Shown piece by piece: positions 1 to 26,275 of a stretch of DNA of 64,000 nt. Below the pieces are notes generated by a model. That model searched no databases. It was not told where the DNA came from and was given only the letters and a program-made list of their open reading frames with translations. A program made the translations under genes and the position numbers. This DNA is from Macrostomum lignano (Eukaryota). How positions within the stretch are numbered: position 1 is the first letter of the stretch; every line of letters starts with the position of its first letter. The stretch covers positions 124,001 through 188,000 of the forward strand of contig NIVC01001515.1 of NCBI GenBank assembly GCA_002269645.1. Direction: 5' to 3'.

Positions 1-1981
1 GGCCTGCAATCGGCTCCCGATTTTGCAAGCAACATCATATATAAAAATAAGATTCCGTGCTGCTGGCTGGTTGCGTAGATAATACTTTAGGCAATATTCA
101 GCATAGGCGAGACGCTCGCCATTTGACCGAATATCAGCACAAGCACCAATAAAATTGTGACGGCAGCTGATAGCGAAGAAACCGTGGATATCGAGTCCAG
201 CTCTGCCGCCACGTACCAAGTCACCAGCATGAAAATTAGAACAAGCATCGTTTGTCTGGTTACTGGAAGCATCTGTTGATCTATTTTCCGGTACATGGAC
301 AAACGGAGCTGGCAAAACTCCGTTAGATGGTAGAACGTCCTGTTTATTGCCGGCAGAGCTCTTGCGCCGAAGACCAAAAATGCCGTCAGCTGCTAGAATA
401 GTAGGACGCTCGGTGCACTCCTAAACAATTAGAACCGTGGCGATTTTTACGACTAATGCAGATACGTTGCATAATAACATTTTTGCTAATTCAACAAACA
501 AATGCGGTCGCTTTTTAGGACATTTAAAAAATAAAGTGCCCCGAACTTTTCTCAATTCTGCCTGTACAACTATAAAAAACAAGAAAGTGTAAAATAATTA
601 TTATACTTACACTGTTTGGACACAGCATGCAATTCGTCGGCCAAAAAGTGACATCCAGAATTAACTGACGGTAGCGCTGCATAGTGCCATGACGATAAAA
701 GGATTGATAGAGGTTGTTAAAATTCTGAAAATAGCAACATGTGAGTCATTAAACAAGTATTTAACCTTTGTTGTGACAATTTTTTTATTCATTCTAAGCC
801 TAACAAGGCTTCATTCGAAAGTTTCCTCTATTTACGTATTAAGGAAAAAGGAAAGTCATGGACAGTATGCTCAGCTTACGTACCGTTAGCTGGGCCCTTG
901 AAAATGTCCCAGAGAGCAGAATCGTCCGGAGAGCTTTCCATAACGACAATGTCCCTTCGCACATTAGACTGTCGATAAGTTCAAGCAATCTAATGTCCAC
1001 GAAAGAGACAGGATCCTGTTTGCTGATTGGGAAGTAGCCCTGCTTCAGGAGACTATCCGTCGAGCAGTTCGCACAGAGGGCAAAGTCAGCAGAGATTTCT
1101 GCAAAAGTCGAAAAAGTGTAAAAACACATCTCATGCAGAAAGAATGCATATTAAAGTACACTATAGGTTGAGAAGAGTTATATTCTTTTATTTCACGTGT
1201 AATATTACGTAAAGAATCTGATTCTGAACATCACCGAAAAATTATAGCAACTCTTACCCCCATGCTCGTCAATAAGCGAAATGGCGAAAGTGTGCCCAGC
1301 TACAGTCGACTCTGAGCAACAAGTCATCTTGGGCCTCGTTGGAGCTGCTTCGGTTGAAAACAAATTGCCCTAAGAGTTGAAAGGTAAAGAATTTACATTA
1401 CTTTGTGAGGGCACCAAATTTTCATTAATTTGATGAGCTGGCCTTAATATTCAATTATGGGAATGTAAGATATAAAATTAGAGTACTTAAAAATTGTGAT
1501 ACAAAATATAAAAGGAGTAAATTACATTCCACTCCAGGAATCGATGCGGAAGGAATTGACCATGTGACAACTCTTTGCAATCCGAGCAAAATTGGACTCT
1601 GCAGTTGCAGCAAAAAAATGTGGCGAAGTTGCATCGGCATCTAATACACATGGACTGCAGAAAGAAATACTTGAAGTTCAACGAATATGTCACAGGATTC
1701 TCCGAGATGTCCCAGGGGATGGTCGACGCCACTGTTGACTCTAGATCTTCTGACGAGTGTACTTCTGACGATGATGATGGAAATATATAATCAGCACCTT
1801 CGCCACGAACACCACTACCACGATCGCCTCCTCCTCTGCCACGAGCACCTCTACAAGGAGCGCCACCGCCATGAGCACCTCCGCGAGAAGCGCCACCGCC
1901 ACGAGCACTGTAGCAAATATAATGGTGAGTGCCTTCACCTCGGACCCCTCTGACATAAAGTTTCACGGCGTGCCTCCTCAT
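1..1981 (-). mobile_element. Spliced KDZ (Kyakuja-Dileera-Zisupton) transposase gene, 3'-truncated by the window edge; exons ~1981-1526, 1369-1258, 1098-884, 676-611, 420-<1
   Basis: Phase-consistent GT-AG joins give 423 open codons. Order: RGG-rich N-terminus; Cys/His cluster (CIRCRC..FCCNC..CSDC..H..HRFLEWN/GNLF); CxC-type segment (CANC..LLKQGYFP..P..LLELIDSL); CMLCP; then the 420-1 exon read manually as ..AADGIFGLRRKSSAG..CSNFHAG..LDIHGFFAISCRHNF..GERLAY..YDVAC. These match the DG, CxH, GE and YD(I/V)xC motifs I recognise from KDZ transposases. The first-exon start is approximate. Confidence 0.85.
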
Positions 1982-2092
1982 TTGAGACGATGCGCTCTGA
2001 AAGCTAAGTATGAAATATAATTTTATATTTACTCATATGGAATAGCTAGTTTTGCCATCGCATGACTAACTCCACAACTTGTATAAGCACGT

Positions 2093-5000
2093 GAGAGCAG
2101 GGTGTAGCTAAGGAGAGCAGGGGGTTGCTAGGGAGAGCAGGGTGTAGCTAAGGAGAGCAGGGGGTTTCTAGGGAGAGCAGGGTGTAGCTAAGGAGAGCAG
2201 GGGGTTGCTAAGGAGAGCAGGGTGTAGCTAAGGAGAGCAGGGGGTTGCTAGGGAGAGCAGGGTGTAGCTAAGGAGAGCAGGGGGTTGCTAGGGAGAGCAG
2301 GGTGTAGCTAAGGAGAGCAGGGGGTTGCTAAGGAGAGCAGGGTGTAGCTAAGGAGAGCAGGGGGTTGCTAGGGAGAGCAGGGTGTAGCTAAGGAGAGCAG
2401 GGGGTTGCTAGGGAGAGCAGGGTGTAGCTAAGGAGAGCAGGGGGTTTCTAGGGAGAGCAGGGTGTAGCTAAGGAGAGCAGGGGGTTGCTAGGGAGAGCAG
2501 GGTGTAGCTAAGGAGAGCAGGGTGTAGCTAAGGAGAGCAGGGTGTAGCTAAGGAGAGCAGGGGGTTTCTAGGGAGAACAGGGTGTAGCTAAGGAGAGCAG
2601 GGGGTTGCTAAGGAGAGCAGGGTGTAGCTAAGGAGAGCAGGGGGTTGCTAGGGAGAGCAGGGTGTAGCTAAGGAGAGCAGGGGGTTGCTAGGGAGAGCAG
2701 GGTGTAGCTAAGGAGAGCAGGGGGTTGCTAGGGAGAGCAGGGTGTAGCTAAGGAGAGCAGGGGGTTTCTAGGGAGAGCAGGGTGTAGCTAAGGAGAGCAG
2801 GGGGTTGCTAGGGAGAGCAGGGTGTAGCTAGGGAGAGCAGGGGGTTTCTAGGGAGAGCAGGGTGTAGCTAAGGAGAGCAGGGGGTTGCTAGGGAGATCAG
2901 GGTGTAGCTAAGGAGAGCAGGGGGTTGCTAGGGAGAGCAGGGTGTAGCTAAGGAGAGCAGGGTGTAGCTAAGGAGAGCAGGGGGTTGCTAGGGAGAACAG
3001 GGTGTAGCTAAGGAGAGCAGGGGGTTGCTAAGGAGAGCAGGGTGTAGCTAAGGAGAGCAGGGGGTTGCTAGGGAGAGCAGGGTGTAGCTAAAGAGAGCAG
3101 GGGGTTGCTAGGGAGAGCAGGGTGTAGCTAAGGAGAGCAGGGGGTTGCTAGGGAGAGCAGGGTGTAGCTAAGGAGAGCAGGGGGTTTCTAGGGAGAGCAG
3201 GGTGTAGCTAAGGAGAGCAGGGGGTTGCTAGGGAGAGCAGGGTGTAGCTAAGGAGAGCAGGGTGTAGCTAAGGAGAGCAGGGTGTAGCTAAGGAGAGCAG
3301 GGGGTTTCTAGGGAGAACAGGGTGTAGCTAAGGAGAGCAGGGGGTTGCTAAGGAGAGCAGGGTGTAGCTAAGGAGAGCAGGGGGTTGCTAGGGAGAGCAG
3401 GGTGTAGCTAAGGAGAGCAGGGGGTTGCTAGGGAGAGCAGGGTGTAGCTAAGGAGAGCAGGGGGTTGCTAGGGAGAGCAGGGTGTAGCTAAGGAGAGCAG
3501 GGGGTTTCTAGGGAGAGCAGGGTGTAGCTAAGGAGAGCAGGGGGTTGCTAGGGAGAGCAGGGTGTAGCTAAGGAGAGCAGGGGGTTTCTAGGGAGAGCAG
3601 GGTGTAGCTAAGGAGAGCAGGGGTTGCTAGGGAGATCAGGGTGTAGCTAAGGAGAGCAGGGGGTTGCTAGGAGAGCAGGGTGTAGCTAAGGAGAGCAGGG
3701 TGTAGCTAAGGAGAGCAGGGGGTTGCTAGGGAGAGCAGGGTGTAGCTAAGGAGAGCAGGGTGTAGCTAAGGAGAGCAGGGGGTTGCTAGGGAGAGCAGGA
3801 TGTAGCTAGGGAAAGCAGGGGGTTGCTAGGGAGAGCAGGGTGTAGCTAGGGAGAGCAGGGTGTAGCTAAGGAGAGCAGGGTGTAGCTAGGGAAAGCAGGA
3901 GGTTGCTAGGGAGAGCAGGGTGTAGCTAGGGAGAGCAGGGGGTTGCTAGGGAGAGCAGGGTATAGCTAGGGAAAGCAGGGGGTTGCTAGGGAGAGCAGGG
4001 TGTAGCTAGGGAGAGCAGGGTGTAGCTAAGGAGAGCAGGGGGTTGCTAAGGAGAGCAGGGTGTAGCTAAGGAGAGTAAGGTGTAGCTAAGGAGAGCAGGG
4101 GGTTGCTAGGGAGAGCAGGGTGTAGCTAAGGAGAGCAGGGGGTTGCTAGGGAGAGCAGGGTGTAGCTAAGGAGAGCTAGGTGTAGCTAAGGAGAGCAGGG
4201 GGTTGCTAGGGAGAGCAGGGTGTAGCTAAGGAGAGCAGGGGGTTGCTAGGGAGAGCAGGGTGTAGCTAAGGAGAGCAGGGTGTAGCTAAGGAGAGCAGGG
4301 GGTTGCTAGGGAGAGCAGGGTGTAGCTAAGGAGAGCAAGGTGTAGCTAAGGAGAGCAGGGGGTTGCTAGGGAGAGCAGGGTGTAGCTAAGGAGAGCAGGG
4401 GGTTGCTAGGGAGAGCAGGGTGTAGCTAAGGAGAGCAGGGGTTGCTAGGGAGAGCAGGGTGTAGCTAAGGAGAGCTAGGTGTAGCTAAGGAGAGCAGGGG
4501 TTGCTAGGAGAGCAGGGTGTAGCTAAGGAGAGCAGGGGTTTGCTAGGGAGAGCAGGGTGTAGCTAAGGAGAGCAGGGTGTAGCTAAGGAGAGCAGGGTGT
4601 AGCTAAGGAGAGCAGGGTGTAGCTAAGGAGAGCAGGGGGTTGCTAGGGAGAGCAGGATGTAGCTAGGGAAAGCAGGAGGTTGCTAGGGAGAGCAGGGTGT
4701 AGCTAGGGAGAGCAGGGGGTTGCTAGGGAGAGCAGGGTATAGCTAGGGAAAGCAGGGGGTTGCTAGGGAGAGCAGGGTGTAGCTAAGGAGAGCAGGGGGT
4801 TGCTAGGGAGAGCAGGGTGTAGCTAGGGAAAGCAGGGGGTTGCTAGGGAGAGCAGGGTGTAGCTAGGGAGAGCAGGGTGTAGCTAAGGAGAGCAGGGTGT
4901 AGCTAGGGAAAGCAGGAGGTTGCTAGGGAGAGCAGGGTGTAGCTAGGGAGAGCAGGGGGTTGCTAGAGAGAGCAGGGTATAGCTAGGGAAAGCAGGGGGT

Positions 5001-5560
5001 TGCTAGGGAGAGCAGGGTGTAGCTAAGGAGAGCAGGGGGTTGCTAAGGAGAGCAGGGTGTAGCTAAGGAGAGTAAGGTGTAGCTAAGGAGAGCAGGGGGT
5101 TGCTAAGGAGAGCAGGGTGTAGCTAAGGAGAGTAAGGTGTAGCTAAGGAGAGCAGGGGTTGCTAGGGAGAGCAGGGTGTAGCTAAGGAGAGCAGGGGTTG
5201 CTAGGAGAGCAGGGTGTAGCTAAGGAGAGCTAGGTGTAGCTAAGGAGAGCAGGGGTTGCTAGGGAGAGCAGGGTGTAGCTAAGGAGAGCAAGGGGGTTGC
5301 TAGGGAGAGCAGGGTGTAGCTAAGGAGAGTAGGGTGTAGCTAAGGAGAGCAGGGGGTTGCTAGGGAGAGCAGGGTGTAGCTAAGGAGAGCTAGGTGTAGC
5401 TAAGGAGAGCAGGGGGTTGCTAGGGAGAGCAGGGTGTAGCTAAGGAGAGCAGGGGGTTGCTAGGGAGAGCAGGGGGTTGCTAGGGAGAGCAGGGTTAGCT
5501 AAGCTAGGGAGAGCAAGGGGTAGCTAGGGCGAGCATTGTGTAGCTAGGCAGAGCTGGGAT
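2093..5560. repeat. ~3.4 kb G-rich minisatellite of 20-bp units (GGAGAGCAGGGTGTAGCTAA alternating with GGGAGAGCAGGGGGTTGCTA; 40-bp dimer)
   Basis: Directly visible tandem array that degenerates at ~5500-5660. Confidence 0.97.
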
Positions 5561-7645
5561 TAGCTAGAAGGAGCAGTGGATTAGATAGACAGCAAGGGAA
5601 TAAGAAGGGCAAGCTAGGGTAGGTTAGGTAGGGAAAGTAGAGAAGTAGCTAGGAATGCAACTAACAAGGGAAAGATAGTTGAATGATTAGGTTTGTTGCT
5701 AGTAGCCAGTGGCATGGACAAGATTTTTCTTTGGTTGGGGTAGTGGTCTAAGCTTTTGCTTTAGAATCAAATATTTGTCCTAGGTCTTATAGTCACAGAT
5801 GAGCTATTGTAGTGTTATTGTGCTAATTCAGTTTTATTTATATATATTAGTTAATTATAAACTAATAATTAATCTATTATCTAGACAATTTGTTTTAAAA
5901 AATAAAAAAAATTATTCTAATAACTAATATACTAGATGAAATATTTGTCTATCAATATAGTTAAGAAATACAGTTTATAGCATTATTAATTTCTACTGTT
6001 AGGAAAAAATACCTGGAAGCAAATCTACATCATATCTGTGCATGCAATTAGACTCTCAGTAGCTGAGTTAGGCCTTAATTAATACTATTTTCACAGCCTG
6101 TTTCTGTTAGTGATAAAGTTCATATAATTTAACGAGTTACCCTAATTAAAACTAGGCTATCCAGCTTTGCTTTAAACCCAGAATAGTTCTGTAGTAGCAA
6201 ATTATCAATATGCATAACTAACAAAGCTAATCTGTCTGTTAAAACATTTTTATGCCCCTAAGCAATACGAAGCAGGCGGAAAATATATAGAGTATAATAG
6301 CCTCGTGCAGAAAGAATAGGCCCTAAGTAACGAATGCTGACAAAAGCTCTCATACTTCATAGCCTTAAAGTCACGAAATGTATATGTGATATATTCAAAA
6401 TAATCAATTAAATAAGCTTGTTAATATTAATGCTACTATTGCTTTGTATAATTTGTCTGGATTTACTTTATATTGAAAAAATACTTTTTAAATTAAACAT
6501 GCGCAATTTTTTTTTCTAATAAAGCGGAGCGCAGTAACTTATTACTAGACGGGTATAAAGCGGAGCATAAAGCGCGCTGTAGTGCCGCCCAGGCGCCAGT
6601 TGTATCACGCTCTACTACCGTCTAGACGGTTGACTATAGGGTGTAACGAGAGTATTTCAGAACACAAACAGGCGCGACGTAAACAAAGTAAGCAGTTTAA
6701 CAAAATCCAGCCTAATATTTATTTAAAAAATATCTATTGCAATATTTACCTAATTTTTTTCAGATAAAAACTACTTTTACGGGTTTGTATAAAACATTTA
6801 TTTTTATAATACTTTATTTAGTTTCTGATTCTGCGTCCGTACAGTTCCGTAAAAGTAAAGATTAACAAATGGGTAGGAAATTTATTAAGAGGTGTATTTT
6901 GTGCTTTAAAAATGTTTTTTTGAGACCACTTAACGGAAATATAAAAAATTGTATAAAAAATTACCAATTGAAACAACAAATTTTTTTCTACATTTTCTGA
7001 CTCCCCAGTTTTGACTTTAACCGTATCACCTTTAAAATTTAGTGAGTAGGCCAACGAAATAGTACACATAAATAAAAATGTTTCGGTAAAAGCACAAGTG
7101 TTTGTAAAGCATAGCTTTTATTCGAAGCTCTTGTTGCTGTAGTGCTTACTAATAATATTTCGCTGAAAAAGTCATTGTTGTGTTATACATATAGTCATTT
7201 TGAATCTTTTTTCAATATAGCCTATTCGAGGAAACCAATTAACTGGCTTGGTTCCGCTGGCTGAAAGTGATTACGTACCAGTGATGTTTATGGCTTATGC
7301 CCTTGTCCACCTGTGTCTCCGTTTATTAACGTTTAGGCCCTAGTTTTATAAAGAATAAATCAACTACTTATTCTGAACTAAAAAAATATTGCTACAGCCC
7401 TATTTTTTATGTTTAGCACGTCAGACGTCACTAATATACTAGTATACTACTGTTTTAATTAGTTTAGAAATTATATTTCTAGGCTGATTGTTCGGCCTAA
7501 GTTGGTGATTCCGCTTTATTTAGATAAAATGGCTCGGTATAAATTTACACCTATGGAATTTAATTCGTGTGTTTGTAAATTTTAGTATTTTTGTAACTTT
7601 TACTTTAGTATATAGAAAACCGAAGTTCTGTTTCTACAACTGTGA

Positions 7646-21039
<13,394 letters not shown>

Positions 21040-21234
21040 GGTGGGCAAGGTGGTCAGCTGACCCTCCCCAACATTTTTTTGGACGGGCGTTCGTTATTCA
21101 TCTTTTGGAGTTGACAAATTCATTAGGTGATTTCATTTCTCCGACAAGCTTAACCCTAAGCCTAAACCTAAGCCTGAGTGTAACCCTAACGGAGATATGA
21201 AGTTTCAAAATTGTGAAAGAGGCTGCTAAACTGA

Positions 21235-21555
21235 AGTGTCGAAGATATGAAGTGTCGAAGATATGAAGTGTCGGAGATATGAAGTGTCGATGATATGAAG
21301 TGTCTGAGTTATGGAATGTCGGAAATATAACGTGTCGGAGATATGAAGTGTCGGAAATATGAAGTGTCGATGATATGAAGTGTCGAAGATATGAATTGTC
21401 AGAGATATGAAGTGTCGGAGATATGAATTGTCAGAGATATGAAGTGTCGGAAATATGAAGTGTCGGAGATATGAAGTGTCGATGATATGAAGTGTCTGAG
21501 TTATGGAATGTCGGAAATATAACGTGTCGGAGATATGAAGTGTCGGAGTTATGAA
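21235..21555. repeat. 14-16-bp minisatellite (GATATGAAGTGTCGGA)
   Basis: Directly visible, downstream of the ASAP stop codon. Confidence 0.9.
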
Positions 21556-22699
21556 CCCCCCCCCTAAATTTGTAATAGGCTTTATACAACGCTTTCATCG
21601 ACAACTTTCAAATCTAGGTGGTCAAGAAGTTTAGCTGACCTAATCGCTGCATACGTAAATGCATATATAGCTTGTACATGCACAATAAAAGCATATCTAC
21701 CGAAAATCGGTTTTTTGCAAAGCACTTCCTATAATGATATTCCTCTGATCCTAGTTCGTAATCGCCATTGCAAATTTTTGATATTTTCGATATTTTGCTA
21801 ACGAATTGCTACAAATCAGAGTTTTGAATCTTTTGTAATTATGCCGCTATTGATCATTTCTAGAATTTTTTATACACTATTTATCAAAGTATGTATTAGC
21901 AAAGTTGATTTGTTATGCGCCTTCCAACAGTTTCCAATGAATTTATTTACTTATTTCATGTGATCTAGCCTACTAATAGTATGCAAGAAAAGTATTTATT
22001 TGTTCAGTATTTTTACATTCATTATTTGCCACTCTATTCCCATTTTCCCATTTTGTCTATATTTGGATCTGCGCCATGCCACTACTGCTCACTACTTTTA
22101 TTCTTACTACTATTGTTCTTCTATGAGTAGTATGTATGGGTCTTCCATTCAATATTATATTTATATAGTAACTAATTATACAGGCTCTATGCTAATTTGC
22201 ATTTCTCTTGATCTGATTAACCTCTGCGCTAACACTCGAACTTTTATTATTTACTTAGCCAAAGTTTTTTTATAAACTTGCTGCCTGCAACAGTTATTGT
22301 ACAATGCCTATTGTTTTCACTATAGTTATTTAACACGCGGCTGTAATTACTGGTAATCTTTATATTGCTTCAAATTGTTTTTTTAAACAGTATGCACTTT
22401 TTTTACTTATTAAAATGGTAAGTGTATTTTCTCGGGATGCCTCTTATACTCATATATTATACATAAATCTGATTCCGCATGCCCGTACCGACCTATCAGC
22501 ATGTGGCTGAGGCCGTGTGCCAATGTCTATTTGACTCGACCCTTGTTTGCAGTTTTCATTATTTTATTTTATTTCTAAGTTTTCAGATACAGAAGTTTTT
22601 TCTTTGATTTAAGCATTTTGAACTAGATTAGATCAGCTCCGGATCACCCGCGAATCTCCAATGCTCTCGAATGTCCTGTGAGATTTAGGTGTTGCGAAA

Positions 22700-23580
22700 A
22701 GTTAGTCTTGTGAAGTTAAGGTCCTGTGAAGTTTAGGTCTTGTGAGGTTTAGGTCTTTTGAGGTTTAGGTCTTGTGAGGTTTAGGTCTTGTGAGGTTTAG
22801 GTCTTTTGAGGTTTAGGTCCTGTGAAGTTTAGGTATTGTGAGGTTTAGGTCTTGTGAAGTTTAGGTCTTGTGAAGTTTAGGTCTTGTGAAGTTTAGGTCT
22901 TTTGAAGTTTAGGTCTTGTAAAGTTTAGGTATTGTGAAGTTTAGGTATTGTGAAGTTTAGGTCTTGTGAGGTTTAGGTCTTTTGAGGTTTAGGTCTTGTG
23001 AAATTTAGGTCTTGTGAGGTTTAGGTCTTGTGAGGTTTAGGTCTTGTGAAGTTTGGTCTTGTAAAGTTTAGGTCTTGTGAAGTTTAGGTCTTGTGAGGTT
23101 TAGGTCTTTTGAGGTTTAGGTCTTGTGAAATTTAGGTCTTGTGAGGTTTAGGTCTTGTGAGGTTTAGGTCTTGTGAAGTTTGGTCTTGTAAAGTTTAGGT
23201 CTTGTGAAGTTTAGGTCTTGTGAAGTTTAGGTCTTGTAAAGTTTAGGTATTGTTTAGGTCTTGTGAAGTTTAGGTCTTGTGAGGTTTAGGTCTTGTGAGG
23301 TTTAGGTCTTGTGAAATTTGGTCTTGTGAGGTTTAGGTCTTGTGAGGTTTAGGTCTTGTGAAGTTTGGTCTTGTAAAGTTTAGGTCTTGTGAAGTTTAGG
23401 TCTTGTGAGGTTTAGGTCTTGTGAAATTTAGGTCTTGTGAGGTTTAGGTCTTGTGAGGTTTAGGTCTTGTGAAGTTTGGTCTTGTAAAGTTTAGGTCTTG
23501 TGAAGTTTAGGTCTTGTGAAGTTTGGTCTTGTAAAGTTTAGGTCTTGTGAAGTTTAGGTATTGTGAGGCTTAGGTCTTAT
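22700..23580. repeat. 16-bp minisatellite (GAAGTTTAGGTCTTGT variants), ~55 copies
   Basis: Directly visible. Confidence 0.95.
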
Positions 23581-23889
23581 TAAATTTTAGTCCGATGATA
23601 TTTATGCGTTTTGAAGTTAGGTGAGATTTTAACTTTGAAATTTAGTTCTTTCAAAAGCACCCGCTACGATAATATTGTATGATTTCCGCATCGGGAATTC
23701 GGAAAGCGTACACTTCACTGGTTTCGTAGAAAGTGAAACTTTTTTTAACAAGATGAAAACGGACAAATGTACTAAGCTGTTAAGCTGTCTTTGGCTCTTG
23801 AAGTCAAGCTTAATTATTGATAATTGCCTGATAGTTGTCATCTGCAAGGTAAATCAGAAAGAATCTATGTCCTGTTTGCAAATTGATGC

Positions 23890-24360
23890 ATGAACTTCAA
23901 CCAAAGCTCGGCGGGCCCGGCCACCGCCACAACCTACGTGACCGTCTCCGGTGCCACTAGTGGCGTTGGGATGCTTCAACAGCAGCAGCATCAAACGGTG
24001 ACCACCTGCATCCCACTGTCCTCAGCTGTCCAAGGCGGCGTCTCCGTGCCAGTCTCCGTGTCGGTCTCCGGCGGAACCCCGTCCGTGACTGTGCTGGCTC
24101 CGGCAGGCGGCCCTGGCCACAGCGCCCAGGTCATTCACGGGCACTACATGCCGCAGATCAGCGCCGCCCAGATGCAGCAGCAGCAGCAGCAGCAGACCCA
24201 TCTGGCTACAACCAGTCAGCTGTCCGTATCGCAGCCTCAACGAGTTACTACAAATATTGCAACCGCGCCTCCTGGCGCCACCGTCATTGCCGCGCCCGCC
24301 GCTACGTCCCCCGCTGCCGCTTCTGCGACCGGCCTGGCCGCCACTGCCAATGCCAACAAG
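23890..24360 (+). CDS. Isolated exon-like ORF encoding a low-complexity Q/T/V/S/A-rich sequence; partner exons not found
   Basis: 157-codon GC-rich ORF with CAG poly-Q runs in AT-rich surroundings. It ends at AAC AA|GTAAAG, a plausible donor overlapping the stop. Confidence 0.45.
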
Positions 24361-24479
24361 TAAAGCTCAGCCCAATCCTGCTTTTCTGACCGCATTCACC
24401 CACCCCAACTGTCTCCCTACATTCACCCCAGCTGTCATCTCAAATTCACCCCAGTTGTCATCTCACACTCTCCCCTGCT

Positions 24480-25010
24480 GTCACCTCACTTTTACCGCAG
24501 CTCCGTCACCCCAGCTCCGTCACTTCACATTCTCCTCAGCTCCGTCACTTCACATTCTCCCCAGCTCCGTCACTTCACATTCTCCTCAGCTCCGTCACTT
24601 CACATTCTCCCCAGCTCCGTCACTTCACATTCTCCCCAGCTTTGTCACCACATTCTCCCCAGCTTTGTCACCACATTCACCCCAGCTCCGTCACCACATT
24701 CACCCCAGCTCCGTCACCACATTCACCCCCAGCTGTCACCCCGCATTCACCCAGCTGTCACCTCACATTCACCCCAGCTGTCACCTCACATTCACCCCAG
24801 CTGTCACCTCACATTCACCCCAGCTGTCACCTCACATTCACCCCAGCTGTCACCTCACATTCACCCAGCTGTCACCTCACATTCACCCAGCTGTCACCTC
24901 ACATTCACCCCAGCTGTTACCTCACATTCACCCCAGCTGTCACCTCACATTCACCCAGCTGTTACCTCACATTCACCCAGCCCCGACCACATGGAGCCCC
25001 CAGCTGGCCG
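24480..25010. repeat. 22-23-bp C-rich minisatellite (TCACCTCACATTCACCCCAGCTG and variants)
   Basis: Directly visible. Confidence 0.9.
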
Positions 25011-25794
25011 ACCTGGCTTCAGCATTCACCCCCAGCCCCGTCACCACCAGCTGTCAGGTAGTCCACCTCAGCTCCGTCACCTGGCAGCCCCAGCTGTCAC
25101 TCCACCTCAGCTGTCAGGTTGAAAGCTGTCAGGTTCCCTCCTCAGCCCTTCATGCGTCATTTTCACTGCCCCAGGTAGCCGTCACTTCACCCCTCAGCTG
25201 TCACCACCCCCCAGCGCACCTCATACCCCAGCGACCTCAAATGCCTGTCATGCACCTTTCTCCCATCCCTGTCATTCAATTTCAGGTCATTCTCTGTCTA
25301 GGCATTACCTTGCCCCTTAAGCATGTCATGCAACTTCTGAGTCCGTCATTCAATTTCTCTGATATTCAATATGATCATCCATTCTAGTGTATATTTGTAA
25401 TGTTTTGTACATTTGTCTTAAGCCTCTTTTTAGGCCGGACCTGTACCAGATCCCAGTGTCTGTAGGAATTCAGTGTAGTATTTAAGTGTATATATCGCTG
25501 GCGGCAAATCTAATACCCCTTTCTGTTCTATCCTGTAATTATCAGCTTAACGGCAATCATTCGCAGTTGATTGCGCCGTGGAAGCCACAATGCGTGAAAG
25601 TTTGTAGCGCTAAAAATAGATACTAAAAAACAGTATGTTGTATAACTTTAAACTTTATAAAGTTATAAATTATAAGTTGTAAAAATAAGTCTAAGCGAAT
25701 TTCAGGATTTTAATTAATTAATCAGGCGCAATCAAAGTAAATGCACCAATGTACATCAGTGCAATGTCATTAACTTTATACTAGAAATCCAGCG

Positions 25795-26275
25795 CCATTT
25801 CATTCGAGAGGGACGCTATTTCATTCGAGGGGCACCATTTCATTTGAGGGTGCCATTTCATTCGAGGGGGGCGCCACTTCATTCGAGGGGGGCGCCCATT
25901 CATTTGAGAGGGTGCCACTTTATTTGAGGGGGTGCCACTTCATTCGAGGGGGCGCCCATTCATTTGAGGGGGCGCCACTTCATTCGAGGGGGCGCCCATT
26001 CATTTGAGGGGGTGCCACTTTATTTCAGGGGGTGCCACTTCATTCGAGGGGGCGCCACTTCATTCGAGGGGCGCCAATTCTTTCGAGGGGGCGCCATTTC
26101 ATTTGAGGGGGCGCCAATTCATTCGAGGGCGCCAATTCATTTGAGGGGGTACCGCTTCATTCGAGCGGTTGCCACTTCATTCGAGGGGCGCCATTTCATT
26201 CGAGGGGGCGCCATTTCATTCGAGGGGGCGCCATTTCATTCGAGGGGCGCCACTTCATTTAAGTGGGCGCCATTT
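25795..26275. repeat. ~20-bp degenerate minisatellite (CATTTCATTCGAGGGGGCGC)
   Basis: Directly visible. Confidence 0.88.

Noticed and set aside
87-377. 96-aa hydrophobic, membrane-like ORF (-)
   Set aside because: It is an alternative frame of the KDZ transposase exon; the other frame carries the conserved motifs and joins upstream exons in phase
6617-6630. 14-bp palindrome ACCGTCTAGACGGT upstream of ASAP
   Set aside because: A single short palindrome can arise by chance in 64 kb, and I have no evidence linking it to a promoter or TIR
21150-21190. Telomere-like TAACCCTAA motifs
   Set aside because: Only a few degenerate units, internal location; more likely part of a repeat element
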